Assembly: GCA_963769935.1 (NCBI GenBank)
Contig: CAVYNY010000020.1
Location: forward strand, 448,001-512,000
Source: an uncultured delta proteobacterium
GTDB lineage: Bacteria > Desulfobacterota > Desulfobacteria > Desulfobacterales > JAFDCJ01
Length of the DNA: 64,000 nt
Reading direction: 5' to 3'
Position 1 is the stretch's first letter. Each line of letters starts with the position of its first letter. The position numbers were made by a program, and so were the translations under genes. The notes beneath the pieces were generated by a model. The model saw nothing but the letters and a program-made list of their open reading frames with translations, made no database searches and was not told the DNA's origin. Below are positions 1 to 8,956 of the stretch, one piece after another.

Positions 1-105
1 CTTCTAAAGGTTCACCGCTACCTGGCCAAGCTGGCGGCCGCGGGGGCCGATCGATTTTGCTCCGCACAGGCAGGATCCCGCGAATGTGAGGAGAAATACC
101 GGTGA
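1..105 (+). CDS. 3' end of an upstream CDS (partial, unidentified)
   Basis: Frame 1 open from window start to TGA at 103-105, overlapping the GTG start of the ABC gene (GTGA coupling). Confidence 0.35.
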   Translation, partial: LLKVHRYLAKLAAAGADRFCSAQAGSRECEEKYR

Positions 106-1874
106 AATCCCTCATGCGCCTTTATGTATATCTGCGGCCGTACCGGATTCAGGCTGCAGTCGCTCTGATTCTGCTCTTTGCCATGGTCGCGGCGGACTTG
201 CTCATCCCGCATCTGACGCAGCGGATTATCGACCAGGGAATCGTGCCGCACAACCTGCATGTGGTTGTTACTACCGCCCTTGTCATGGTGGGCGCCGCGA
301 TTTTTTCGGCCGGCCTGGCCGTTGCCAACAACTACCTGTCGGTAAACGTTGCCATGGGCTTCGGCGCTGACATCCGCAGCGCCATGATTCGCAAGGTCCA
401 AAACTTTTCATTCGGAAACCTCGACAGACTCCGGACCGGCAATCTCATCGTCCGGTCGACGAGCGACGTCAATCTGGTGCAGATGATCGTGATGCTGTCG
501 CTCCGTATCCTTACCCGGGCGCCGATCTGGGCCTGCGGTGCGATGGTCCTGCTAGTTCTCACCAACCGCCGCTTCGCCTATATAATGGCAGTGTTCGTGC
601 CGCTGATCGTATTGCTGGTTTGGGTTTTCGCCTTCAAGGCCCGGCCGCTGTTCCTGCGGGTTCAGCAGCGACTCGACCGGCTGAACATCGTTTTGCAGGA
701 GAACCTTGCCGGAATGCGCGTCGTCAAGGCATTCATCCGCACCGAGCACGAGGAAGCCCGTTTCGACGAAGCCAATCAAGCGTTGATGGACCGGACGATC
801 CAGGTCGCCCGCCTCATGGCGATCTTTTCCCCCTTCATGCTGTTGATGGTTAACCTGGCGATCATCGCTGCGCTTTGGATCGGCGGTCGAACGGCGATGG
901 CCGGCCAGATGTCGGCCGGCGAAGTTGTGGCAGCCATAAACTATCTTTCTTTTGCTCTTTTTCCGATCCTCTTGCTTACCGGAATGCTTGGTCCCATCTC
1001 GGCGGCGGATGCATCGGCCAGCCGGATTTTGGAGGTTCTCGACACCGAACCGCAAGTCCGTCAGATGCGATCGACATCAAAGCTCGTGGATCCCCAGGGA
1101 CGGATCGTCTTTGAGGGCGTTTACTTCAGCTATTCCGGCAACAGTGCCGAGCCGGTGCTGTCGGACGTTACCTTCACCGCCGAGCCTGGGGAGACGGTTG
1201 CCATCGTGGGTGCAACCGGTTCCGGAAAATCGACCCTGATTCATCTTATCCCGCGCTTTTACGACGTGACAGCCGGGCGGATCACCTTCGACGGAGTCGA
1301 CGTGAGGAATTTGGACCTCGGCTCTCTGAGAGGCGCTATCGGGATAGCCCTCCAGGAATCGGTACTTTTCAGCGGGAGCATACGCGACAACATCCGTTAC
1401 GGGCGAACGGCGGCCGGAGAAGAGGAAGTGACGGCGGCGGCAAGGGCGGCCCAGGCCGACGAGTTCATTGCCGAGCTTCCCGGGGGATATGATGCCGTGG
1501 TCGGCCAGCGGGGCGTGACGCTCTCCGGAGGGCAACGCCAACGAATCGCAATCGCACGGGCGCTGCTGGTCAAACCCAAAGTCCTTATCCTTGATGATTC
1601 GACCAGCGCTTTGGACATCGAGACCGAAGTTCGCCTGCAGGACGCCCTTGATCAGCTGATCGCCGGGTTGAAAAATGCCACGACCCGCTTCATCGTCGCT
1701 CAACGCATCAGCACGGTGCTTCTTGCCGACAGGATTATTGTTCTCGACCAGGGACGGATCAGCGCCATCGGCTCTCACCGGCAGCTGCTGGACACGAGTA
1801 CCGTGTATCGGGATATTTATTGCTCCCAGCTCGGGGAACCGGCTGCGGATATGGCAGGGCGTCATGACGGGTAG
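102..1874 (+). CDS. Heterodimeric ABC exporter subunit (TMD+NBD), degenerate-site half
   Basis: N-terminal TM helices; Walker A GATGSGKS, LSGGQ signature, Walker B LILDD (no catalytic E), Q in place of switch His. Confidence 0.92.
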   Translation: MKSLMRLYVYLRPYRIQAAVALILLFAMVAADLLIPHLTQRIIDQGIVPHNLHVVVTTALVMVGAAIFSAGLAVANNYLSVNVAMGFGADIRSAMIRKVQNFSFGNLDRLRTGNLIVRSTSDVNLVQMIVMLSLRILTRAPIWACGAMVLLVLTNRRFAYIMAVFVPLIVLLVWVFAFKARPLFLRVQQRLDRLNIVLQENLAGMRVVKAFIRTEHEEARFDEANQALMDRTIQVARLMAIFSPFMLLMVNLAIIAALWIGGRTAMAGQMSAGEVVAAINYLSFALFPILLLTGMLGPISAADASASRILEVLDTEPQVRQMRSTSKLVDPQGRIVFEGVYFSYSGNSAEPVLSDVTFTAEPGETVAIVGATGSGKSTLIHLIPRFYDVTAGRITFDGVDVRNLDLGSLRGAIGIALQESVLFSGSIRDNIRYGRTAAGEEEVTAAARAAQADEFIAELPGGYDAVVGQRGVTLSGGQRQRIAIARALLVKPKVLILDDSTSALDIETEVRLQDALDQLIAGLKNATTRFIVAQRISTVLLADRIIVLDQGRISAIGSHRQLLDTSTVYRDIYCSQLGEPAADMAGRHDG

Positions 1875-3708
1875 AGCAGCTCAAAAGCAACCACCTCCGC
1901 GCCTGACCGGATTGCAGGGGCCGGGCGGAAGAATCGGCGGCCCGGGGCAGACAATGGATCGGGCCAGGGACGCAAGGGGAGCGCTGCGCCGTCTGATGCA
2001 CTATCTGCGCCCGCATCAAAGCACCCTCGTCCTGGCCGTCCTGACAGCCGGTTTTGCAACCGCCCTTGCCATTGCCGGGCCTTACCTGATGGGACGCGCT
2101 ATCGACCAGCTTGTCGGCGGAAGCCTTGCCGCCCTCCTGCGGTTTACCCTCCTCATGGTGGGGGTATATGTGTTTTCAGCGATAGCACAGCTTGCCCAAG
2201 GTGTTCTGACCGTCGGTATCGCCCAGAAGGCCATGCGGGCGCTGCGGGCCGATCTCTTCAGCCATATACAGACGCTGTCCCTGCGGTTTTTCGATTCCCG
2301 ATCGCAAGGGGATCTGATGAGCCGGCTGACCAACGACATGGATGCGATCAGCCAGGTTCTAACCTATAACGCGGCCCAACTGTTCACCGGAATCCTGACC
2401 CTCGTCGGCATTCTGGCGATCATTTTTGTTCTCAGCCCCTGGCTGACCTTGAGCTCGATGATTGCCTTTCCTCTGATGATCGGCCTCGTAGGTATGGTGG
2501 GGCGAAAGACACGATCGGCATTCCGCAGCTACCAGGCGCGGTTGGGTGCGCTGAACGCAGTGCTTGAGGAGACTTACAGCGGACAGCGGGTCGTCCTCGC
2601 CTTCGGGCAGGAAGAGAGCGTTCTGAGCCGCTTCGACCAGGCGAATGATGCAGTCCGATCGGTCGGCGTGCACGCCATGTCCCTGGCGCTTCTCGTGATG
2701 CCGATGATGGGAATCCTGTCGAATTTAAACGTGGCCATTCTTTGCGGCATAGGGGGATGGCTGGCGATTCGGGGGATTGTGACAATCGGAACGATCGCTG
2801 CTTTCATCACTTACTCGCGGCGTTTCGCCGAGCCGCTGCGCCAGCTGAGCAACTTGTACAACCAGATCCAGGCTGCATTGGCCGGAGCGGAACGAATCTT
2901 CGAGATCCTGGACACCGCTCCGGATCAGACCGATCTTCCCATGGCGCTTGAGCTGCCCAGGGTAGCCGGAGAGGTGCAGCTCGAGCACGTCGCCTTTTCC
3001 TATGTGCCCGGCGTCCCCGTGCTGAAAGACGTCTCCATCCATGCCCATCCCGGAGAGCGGATCGCGCTGGTTGGACACACCGGCGCCGGGAAAACAACCC
3101 TGGTCAACCTGCTTTCCCGCTTCTATGATCTTGATGAAGGGACGATCCGGATCGATGGCGTCGACATTCGCGCGGTGTCGCGGGACAGTCTCAGGCGGCA
3201 GCTCGGAGTGGTCCTTCAGCAGTCGTTTCTTTTCAGCGAGTCTGTGACGGAGAACATCCGCTACGGCCGGCTCAACGCCACTGATGAGGAGGTTTTTGCG
3301 GCTGCCGGGCTCGCCCATGCGGACGGTTTTATCCGCCGGCTGCCCCAGGGCTACGATACAGTCCTTGCGGAGCGGGGTGCGAATCTCTCCGAAGGCCAGC
3401 GCCAACTCATAACAATCGCCCGGGCGATCCTGGCCGATCCGGCCATCCTCATCCTGGACGAGGCAACCAGCTCCGTCGACACCCGCACCGAGCTGCACAT
3501 TCAGAAAGCCCTCCAGGAACTGATGAAGGGACGCACCAGCTTCGTCATCGCACACCGGCTCTCTACCATCGCCAATGCCGATCAGCTGATCGTGATTGAC
3601 CAGGGCCGGGTGGTGGAACGGGGGAGCCACGCAGAGCTTCTGGCCCTGGGGGGCGTTTACTACCGCCTGTACACGAGTCAATTTCGGGATCGGACAACTG
3701 TGGAATGA
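1864..3708 (+). CDS. Heterodimeric ABC exporter subunit (TMD+NBD), consensus catalytic half
   Basis: GHTGAGKT, LSEGQ, LILDEATS, IAHR; start re-placed at ATG 1864 overlapping the upstream gene end. Confidence 0.92.
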   Translation: MTGRAAQKQPPPRLTGLQGPGGRIGGPGQTMDRARDARGALRRLMHYLRPHQSTLVLAVLTAGFATALAIAGPYLMGRAIDQLVGGSLAALLRFTLLMVGVYVFSAIAQLAQGVLTVGIAQKAMRALRADLFSHIQTLSLRFFDSRSQGDLMSRLTNDMDAISQVLTYNAAQLFTGILTLVGILAIIFVLSPWLTLSSMIAFPLMIGLVGMVGRKTRSAFRSYQARLGALNAVLEETYSGQRVVLAFGQEESVLSRFDQANDAVRSVGVHAMSLALLVMPMMGILSNLNVAILCGIGGWLAIRGIVTIGTIAAFITYSRRFAEPLRQLSNLYNQIQAALAGAERIFEILDTAPDQTDLPMALELPRVAGEVQLEHVAFSYVPGVPVLKDVSIHAHPGERIALVGHTGAGKTTLVNLLSRFYDLDEGTIRIDGVDIRAVSRDSLRRQLGVVLQQSFLFSESVTENIRYGRLNATDEEVFAAAGLAHADGFIRRLPQGYDTVLAERGANLSEGQRQLITIARAILADPAILILDEATSSVDTRTELHIQKALQELMKGRTSFVIAHRLSTIANADQLIVIDQGRVVERGSHAELLALGGVYYRLYTSQFRDRTTVE

Positions 3709-3714
3709 ACCCCT

Positions 3715-3753
3715 AAAACTGCACAGATCACAGCAATGTGATCAGAGTGTTTT
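3715..3753 (+). terminator. Putative intrinsic terminator hairpin
   Basis: GATCACA-gcaa-TGTGATC stem extended by AAAAC/GTTTT, just after the ABC stop. Confidence 0.4.
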
Positions 3754-3804
3754 GACCAGGCTCCGGGGTTAATTCAAGCATCAATTCAAATTCGCAAGGA
3801 GGAC

Positions 3805-3908
3805 GGTAACCAATAGCGGAATGCAGCGGCCTTAATTCAATTCAATCTTGCAAGGCCATTTCGTAAAACCACCGTTTTCATGCCGTCTGCTCGACTGGTT
3901 TGTGCGGT
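3805..3908 (-). repeat. Degenerate attC-like site downstream of rsgA
   Basis: Minus strand ...CAGACGGCATGAAAACGGTGGTTTTACGAAATGGCCTTGCAAG... resembles the body of the 6620-6725 attC; core boxes eroded. Confidence 0.45.
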
Positions 3909-3915
3909 GCTCATT

Positions 3916-4974
3916 TCAGTCCTTCATCTGCTTTTTTGCGGATTTGATGAAGCGTCCGAATGCTCTGTCCTTCTTCCGTTTGTCCAGGTACGACAGCTCA
4001 TGGAACTCCGACTCCTTCTTTAGCTTCAGGTAGCTGGAATAGCGATCCTCATTCAATACACCGCTTTTGACTGCAGCTCGGACTGCACAGCCGGGCTCCT
4101 GTTCATGGCAACAGTTTGCATAGCGACAATTTAAGGAAAGGTCGACAATATCTTCAAATTCTTGGTTGACCCCGTCGCTCACACCTAGAAGGCCTAGTTC
4201 TCGCATTCCGGGCGTATCAATCAACATGGAGCCTTGATCAAGAACGATAAGCTGGCGGCGTGCAGTGGTATGTCTTCCTTCTCCCGTTCCACTAACGGCC
4301 TTTGTGTCAAAGGCGTCCTGTCCTATCAGGCGATTGATGAGAGTTGTCTTGCCGACCCCCGATGAGCCGAGCAGGCAATATGTTTTTCCCGAGACTATCG
4401 CCTGTTGAAATTCGTCAAATCCGATGCCCGTGATATTGCTGAGGGCAAGTACCCTGGCGGTGATCGCGGCTGACTTTATGGCTGCAAGTTTCTGTTCCAG
4501 TTCTTCGGGAGTGTTCAAGTCCGTTTTGGTAAGAACAACAATCGGCTCAACCCCCCCGTCTACTGCCATTACCAGGTACCGATCCATCCTCCGCACATTG
4601 AAGTCAACGTGGCACGACTGGACAATGAAGGCGACGTCGATGTTGGCCGCAATCATCTGGAAATCCACTTTTTCACCGGCAGATTTGCGGCGCAGAAAGG
4701 TCTTTCTCGGAAATACTCCATGGATAATTGCTGCAGAATCGTCGTTGTGGTATGCCACGGTTACCCAATCACCGACACACGGCAGGTCAACCGAGGATTC
4801 AACCTGGAAATAGAACTTCCCAGCGAGTTCAGCCGGGACTTCCCTGATTTGATTTCTGATGAGGTAAGAGCCGCGGTCAACTGCCGATATGCGCGCTATA
4901 CTGCGGCCCTCTTGACGCAAGTCGCTGACTTGTACCTCAAACCATTTGTCGAAACCGAGATCACTCAATTTCAA
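3916..4974 (-). CDS. rsgA: Ribosome small subunit-dependent GTPase A (cassette-borne copy)
   Basis: Circularly permuted GTPase: TKTD, GSSGVGKT, GRHTT, DTPG; C-terminal CRYANCCHEQEPGC zinc finger. Confidence 0.93.
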   Translation of the reverse strand: MKLSDLGFDKWFEVQVSDLRQEGRSIARISAVDRGSYLIRNQIREVPAELAGKFYFQVESSVDLPCVGDWVTVAYHNDDSAAIIHGVFPRKTFLRRKSAGEKVDFQMIAANIDVAFIVQSCHVDFNVRRMDRYLVMAVDGGVEPIVVLTKTDLNTPEELEQKLAAIKSAAITARVLALSNITGIGFDEFQQAIVSGKTYCLLGSSGVGKTTLINRLIGQDAFDTKAVSGTGEGRHTTARRQLIVLDQGSMLIDTPGMRELGLLGVSDGVNQEFEDIVDLSLNCRYANCCHEQEPGCAVRAAVKSGVLNEDRYSSYLKLKKESEFHELSYLDKRKKDRAFGRFIKSAKKQMKD

Positions 4975-5214
4975 AAACCAACCTTATCTGACTCCCCACC
5001 ATTAGGTGGTTCGGCATCGGCCATTTTAACCCGTCAGTTGGAGTCTAAGTAAGTCTTGCATGAGTTTAAAATGGCTTCATCCCAAACTCAAGTCAACCAT
5101 CAACGTCGGTGCCCACACCTTTGACTGCGGCGTGTGGTAATGTCTGCGCGATCCGTAAGCATGACATCTCCAATGTATTTTAATTACGGTTTCGACTGTG
5201 CAGTTAGCCCGCAG

Positions 5215-5292
5215 GTGTCAGGCCGCACTTCGCGGCGCTCAGCTCGTCGAGCGCTTTTCCCGGTCGGTGCGGAAAGCCGGTGGATAGATAGC
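5215..5292 (-). repeat. Possible eroded attC after doxX
   Basis: Imperfect palindrome (CCGCAC...GTGCGG, GCGCTC...GAGCGC) and CCGACCGGGAAAAG similar to other attC bodies; no clean RYYYAAC/GTTRRRY. Confidence 0.35.
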
Positions 5293-5702
5293 TATGTCTT
5301 ACGAGTGCCGGACTTCAACGCATGCGCGCCGCTGCCGAGCAGCGCGAGCGTGAAGCAGGCAACTGCCCAAAACACCGGATATTCATACCCGCCGCCTTTC
5401 GCAGTAAAGAGCCATCCATGAGTGCCATGACCCAGGTAGGCTGCAAACAGCAAGTGCACTCCGAGCAAGACCGCGACCCATCGAGCGTAGACACCCAGGA
5501 TGAGCGCGAGCCCGCCGATGGTTTCGTACAGCATGACCACCCAAGCGAACCAGTCTGGCAAACCCAGTGAGACGAAATATTTTCCGGTGCCCGCCATCCC
5601 GAACACGAAGGCCTTGAGATACAGGCCGTGCAGAATGAACAGCAGACCCATGCTCACGCGCAGCAGCAACGCCCCATAGGGGGCCAATTTATGGTCGATC
5701 AT
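5292..5702 (-). CDS. DoxX family membrane protein
   Basis: LLRVSMG..F..HG..K, E..GG..L..G, GGYEYP, LLGSG motifs; four TM segments; RBS GAGG upstream. Confidence 0.9.
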   Translation of the reverse strand: MIDHKLAPYGALLLRVSMGLLFILHGLYLKAFVFGMAGTGKYFVSLGLPDWFAWVVMLYETIGGLALILGVYARWVAVLLGVHLLFAAYLGHGTHGWLFTAKGGGYEYPVFWAVACFTLALLGSGAHALKSGTRKT

Positions 5703-5821
5703 GTTTTCCTCCTTTCAGTTAGAGCGCAGCTTTTCTATCGTGCCAGCGATGCGATGTTCCTATTTGTTGGTTGGCATTCGCTGAGATTGCCGGCCTCTTC
5801 ATTGTGGCGGGCCCTGAGCGC

Positions 5822-5910
5822 GCTAGCGACCCGGCCATCTGACTTTCACGTCTGCATGAACCTTTACGCAAAACCGCATGCTATATCCGGTCAGGTTCAG
5901 CGATTTGGCC
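5822..5910 (-). repeat. Degenerate attC overlapping the vapC 3' end
   Basis: Minus strand CTGAACCTGACCGGATATAGCATGCGGTTTTGCGTAAAGG...GAAAGTCAGATGGCC aligns with the 6620-6725 attC; both core boxes lost. Confidence 0.55.
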
Positions 5911-6321
5911 TATGTATTCAGTACGAAGACCCGTATTCATGGCGGCCGTAAATTGCCTTCGGTCTGAGGTTGCAAAGAGATCAGCCTGCCATTCAAGAGC
6001 ACACGCAACATGAAGGGCGTCCAATGCGCGCAAAACATTGCTCTCCAATAGCTTTACCGAACGGGAGACGACGGCAGGTGTGATCTGTAAAACAGTTGCG
6101 TCACGTACATCATCCAACAATTGTTTCTTAACCGCCCGATAGTCCGCGATGGTCAAGACCCGTTCTCTCAGACGACGGTTGAGTCCAGAAACGATCTCGG
6201 GTACCAGAATGACGCAAAAAGCCAACTCGGAGGCGTTCTCCAAAAGACGATCCAGTTTGTCGCTGCCAACTTCTTGGACATACCTTTTGGCAAAGGATGA
6301 TGAATCGACTGTCAGTTTCAT
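5881..6321 (-). CDS. vapC: PIN-domain VapC toxin
   Basis: VDSS..AKRYVQE.GS N-terminus, LRALDALHVA, FATSD.RQ motifs; ATGA overlap with antitoxin. Confidence 0.9.
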   Translation of the reverse strand: MKLTVDSSSFAKRYVQEVGSDKLDRLLENASELAFCVILVPEIVSGLNRRLRERVLTIADYRAVKKQLLDDVRDATVLQITPAVVSRSVKLLESNVLRALDALHVACALEWQADLFATSDRRQFTAAMNTGLRTEYIGQIAEPDRI

Positions 6322-6551
6322 GTGGCCGTCTCACGCTCTTCCAAAATAGCAGATGATAAGTCGCTTCCTTTAGTGCGTAAGCGGATTCCGGGTTGTTTCC
6401 ATGCGGGGAGTCTTTGAACACTGTCGGAAAATGGAACTATTTCAGCTACAGGTTTCCCCCGACGGAGAAGGACAAGCGTCTCACCGTGTTCAACTTCGGT
6501 TATGAAACCGGAAGCCCTTTTACGGAAATCGGTGAAAGAAATTGTTTTCAT
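6318..6551 (-). CDS. Phd/YefM family antitoxin
   Basis: MKTISFTDFRK...VEHGE...RRGKPVAEIVP; RBS GGAGG before ATG 6551. Confidence 0.88.
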   Translation of the reverse strand: MKTISFTDFRKRASGFITEVEHGETLVLLRRGKPVAEIVPFSDSVQRLPAWKQPGIRLRTKGSDLSSAILEERETAT

Positions 6552-6568
6552 TGCCGTACCTCCATAAG

Positions 6569-6607
6569 TGTACATTCAACTGTACATCATAGGGGGTGTT
6601 TTGTCAA
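6569..6607 (-). promoter_or_regulatory. Sigma70 promoter with YefM-type operator of the vapBC cassette
   Basis: TTGACA-17bp-TACAGT on minus strand; two TGTACA palindromes (6569-6574, 6581-6586) overlap the -10. Confidence 0.7.
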
Positions 6608-6619
6608 GGTTGGTAATGG

Positions 6620-6725
6620 GATCAACGTCTTGAGCTAACCTGCGGGCCACCCAACTTTCGAGCTTGCCCAGACTCTTACGTAAAGTCGCATATTTTTCCC
6701 GGTCAGGTCAGTGACTGGGTTAGGC
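6620..6725 (-). repeat. attC site (best preserved in the array)
   Basis: Minus strand: R'' GCCTAAC, L'' CACTGACC ... L' GGTTAGC, R' GTTGATC; 106 bp imperfect palindrome. Confidence 0.75.
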
Positions 6726-6822
6726 AACGATGCCATATTCTTCCATTAGCCGATGTGAGTCTTAAGGCGCTCCTAATATTGCTTTTGATTTGAAATTATT
6801 TTTTCTCCCTCACTTGCTTAGA

Positions 6823-7224
6823 TCAGATTTGTTCTTTGGTGACCGCTGTCAAATTCATTGTTAGCAGGACACCAGGTTTTGGGAGTTCCTTAACTCCAAA
6901 TACAGTTCGAGCAGGTCGGTGTTCCCCCATCCTCCCGACATATGCGAGGTTCATATTTTCAAAATCTTGCATATCTTTGAGGAACACATTGACATGGATA
7001 ATGTGATCCAAATTAGACCCTACAGATTCAAGCATGACCTTGAAAGAGTCAAGAATTTGCTTTGTCTGCGAGGTAACGTCCGGGCCAGCAAGCTCACCGG
7101 TTGTAGGATTAACTCCGGCTGTGCCGCCGATGGTGATGAATTGGCCTACCTTAGCAATATGATTGTATGGGCCAATAGGGCGAGGAGTGTTTGCCGGTGT
7201 GAAAGTTTCTACTCTAGATAGCAT
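6823..7224 (-). CDS. RidA/YjgF family enamine-imine deaminase
   Basis: P.PIGPY, QT.Q.L, VNVFLKDM.DF..MN..Y, RPART motifs; true start ATG 7224 with GGAGG RBS. Confidence 0.88.
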   Translation of the reverse strand: MLSRVETFTPANTPRPIGPYNHIAKVGQFITIGGTAGVNPTTGELAGPDVTSQTKQILDSFKVMLESVGSNLDHIIHVNVFLKDMQDFENMNLAYVGRMGEHRPARTVFGVKELPKPGVLLTMNLTAVTKEQI

Positions 7225-7277
7225 TTTGCCTCCCAATTGGATTGTTGAATATACCCTTAAATTTTGTATGATATATT

Positions 7278-7336
7278 GTCCGTTGCTAATATCAACCGCG
7301 CGGCTTTTCGGCGTCGACTGAATTAGCTGGTTATCC
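7278..7336 (-). repeat. Short attC site, R' eroded
   Basis: Minus strand GGATAAC-CAGCTAATTCAGTCGACGCCGAAAAGCCGCGCGGTTGATATTAGCAACG; paralogous to 8030-8076. Confidence 0.7.
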
Positions 7337-7354
7337 ATAAATGCTAAAATGTAT

Positions 7355-7390
7355 TTGACAAAACCACCCATGGTGTGTATAAATACACAC
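7355..7390 (+). promoter_or_regulatory. hicAB promoter and palindromic operator
   Basis: TTGACA(7355)-17bp-TATAAA(7378); palindrome GTGTGTAT-AA-ATACACAC at 7373-7390. Confidence 0.75.
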
Positions 7391-7579
7391 ATGAATAGCC
7401 GGACGATTATCAAAATGCTCGAAAAGGATGGTTGGTATAAAGCCGATCAATCCGGCTCGCACATTCAGTTCCGGCATTCATCGAAAAAAGGTCGGGTTAC
7501 AGTTCCGCACCCCAAAAAAGATATACCAATTGGCACACTTAAAAGCATCGAACGCCAATCAGGAATTAAGTTCAAATAG
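7391..7579 (+). CDS. hicA: HicA mRNA interferase toxin
   Basis: LEKDGW...GSHIQFRH..KKGRVTVPHPKKDIPIGTLKSI; 62 aa. Confidence 0.93.
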   Translation: MNSRTIIKMLEKDGWYKADQSGSHIQFRHSSKKGRVTVPHPKKDIPIGTLKSIERQSGIKFK

Positions 7580-7588
7580 GTGATTAAC

Positions 7589-8005
7589 ATGGCTAATTAT
7601 ATTGCTGTCGTCCATAAAGATCCAAAGAGTGATTTCGGCGTATCCTTTCCGGATTTTCCGGGATGTGTAACCGCAGGTAGCACAATTGATGAGGCCAAGG
7701 ATATGGCCCATGATGCTCTTTCTCTGCATTTAAAAGGTATGCTGGAAGACGGTGAGAATATTCTAGCTCCTTCAAAGCTTGAAGACATCATGGATGATCC
7801 AGACTATTCGGATGCCATTGCAATTCTCGTAGTTTCAGTATCTGAATCAAAACCTCGATCGGTACGCGTAAATATAACTGTACCGGAAGATATGCTTCGT
7901 AAAATCGACAATGTTGCTAAAAAACGAGGTATGTCACGATCATCCTTTTTGGTTCATGCCGCTCAAAACGCTATTTCCGCCAGTCAGGACAGCCATTCAC
8001 TATAA
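7589..8005 (+). CDS. hicB: HicB antitoxin with C-terminal RHH domain
   Basis: FGVSFPDFPGCVTAG.T.DEA; RVNITVPE..L.KID...SRSSFL. Confidence 0.93.
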   Translation: MANYIAVVHKDPKSDFGVSFPDFPGCVTAGSTIDEAKDMAHDALSLHLKGMLEDGENILAPSKLEDIMDDPDYSDAIAILVVSVSESKPRSVRVNITVPEDMLRKIDNVAKKRGMSRSSFLVHAAQNAISASQDSHSL

Positions 8006-8029
8006 AATTTTCCTGCCAGGATCCTGAAT

Positions 8030-8076
8030 CTAATCAGCCGCGACTTTTTGCGTCGGCTGAATTAGCCTTGTTCGGC
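8030..8076 (-). repeat. Short attC site, truncated on the R' side
   Basis: Minus strand GCCGAAC-AAGGCTAATTCAGCCGACGCAAAAAGTCGCGGCTGATTAG. Confidence 0.7.
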
Positions 8077-8125
8077 GCCTTCAAATTTTATGTACTACAT
8101 TCTTTGAATATCAACCGGGGAACTT

Positions 8126-8405
8126 TTAAGCTGTTGCTTCACGGATTGGTCTAACTCGTTCAATTTTTTTCATTCGTTTCGGCGAATGTAATGCGGTCCA
8201 TAAATCATTTCGTTGCTGTAAATTGAGCCAGAAATTCGGAGTATTGCCGGATAGTTTTGCCAAATGATTGCTGGGTGGACTTCTCAGATCAGCATCATTC
8301 GTTGCATCATCCATCAGTTGTAACTTCCTAAACAATCGTGAACGAATGTCAACGGTGATAACTTTTTGACTGAATGTCCTCTACGAAAAAGTTTCGCATT
8401 CAATT
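8126..8405 (-). pseudogene. higB-higA toxin-antitoxin remnant fused by internal deletion
   Basis: HigB-like RLFRKLQLMDDAT..DLRSPPSNHL.KL.G joined in frame to HigA-like C-terminus GNTPNFWLNLQQRNDLW; HigB N-terminal remnant ([11 protein letters not shown]) in a shifted frame to ~8405. Confidence 0.75.
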
Positions 8406-8412
8406 ATACGGT

Positions 8413-8860
8413 GTCAAACCGGCCCTCGAAGAACACCTTGTGTATGTCAAACGGCTTCATCAGGACGGTTTGGCCCGAGGACACGGCAGGGTATATCTAC
8501 CTCATGCGCTCGCAAAAAAATATCCGAATGCAGATAGACAGTCGGGGGTGGCAGTACGTGTTTCCCGCGAAAACATTGTCCAAAGATCCGAGATCCGGGA
8601 TGATAAGAAGACATCACCTGCATGTCAGCAGTATTCAGAAAGCCATTCGAAAGGCCGCAAATTTGTGTGCAGTTGTCAAGCCCGTCGGGTGTCATACTTT
8701 GAGGCACAGCTTTGCCACCCACCTGCTGGCGGAGGGCTATGATATCCGTACAGTGCAGGAGCTATTGGGGCACAAGGACGTCAGCGCCACCATGATTTAC
8801 ACACATGTTCTAAATCGCGGGGGAAAAGGAGTAAGAAGCGCCCTGGACTTTACGGCATAA
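8413..8860 (+). pseudogene. intI: Integron integrase, 5'-truncated and frameshifted
   Basis: IntI-specific insertion patch [33 protein letters not shown], +1 frameshift in the G run at 8544-8548, then [50 protein letters not shown]. Confidence 0.92.
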
Positions 8861-8956
8861 TTTAAGTGTGCCTGACTTAGGAATATACATTTAACCTTAC
8901 ATTATTTTACGAAATGATGCTTGAACCTAAATTCGAGCCAAAGTGCTCAATGGATG

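Larger units (their letters stand above)
3805..8860. mobile_element. Decayed integron: intI remnant plus cassette array on the minus strand
   Basis: IntI-specific sequence at 8413-8860 divergent from small promoterless/TA genes separated by attC-like imperfect palindromes. Confidence 0.85.

Noticed and set aside
102..3708. ABC exporter pair as integron cassettes
   Set aside because: Opposite orientation to the array, operonic with an upstream gene, only a fragmentary attC-like start at ~3805 on the plus strand
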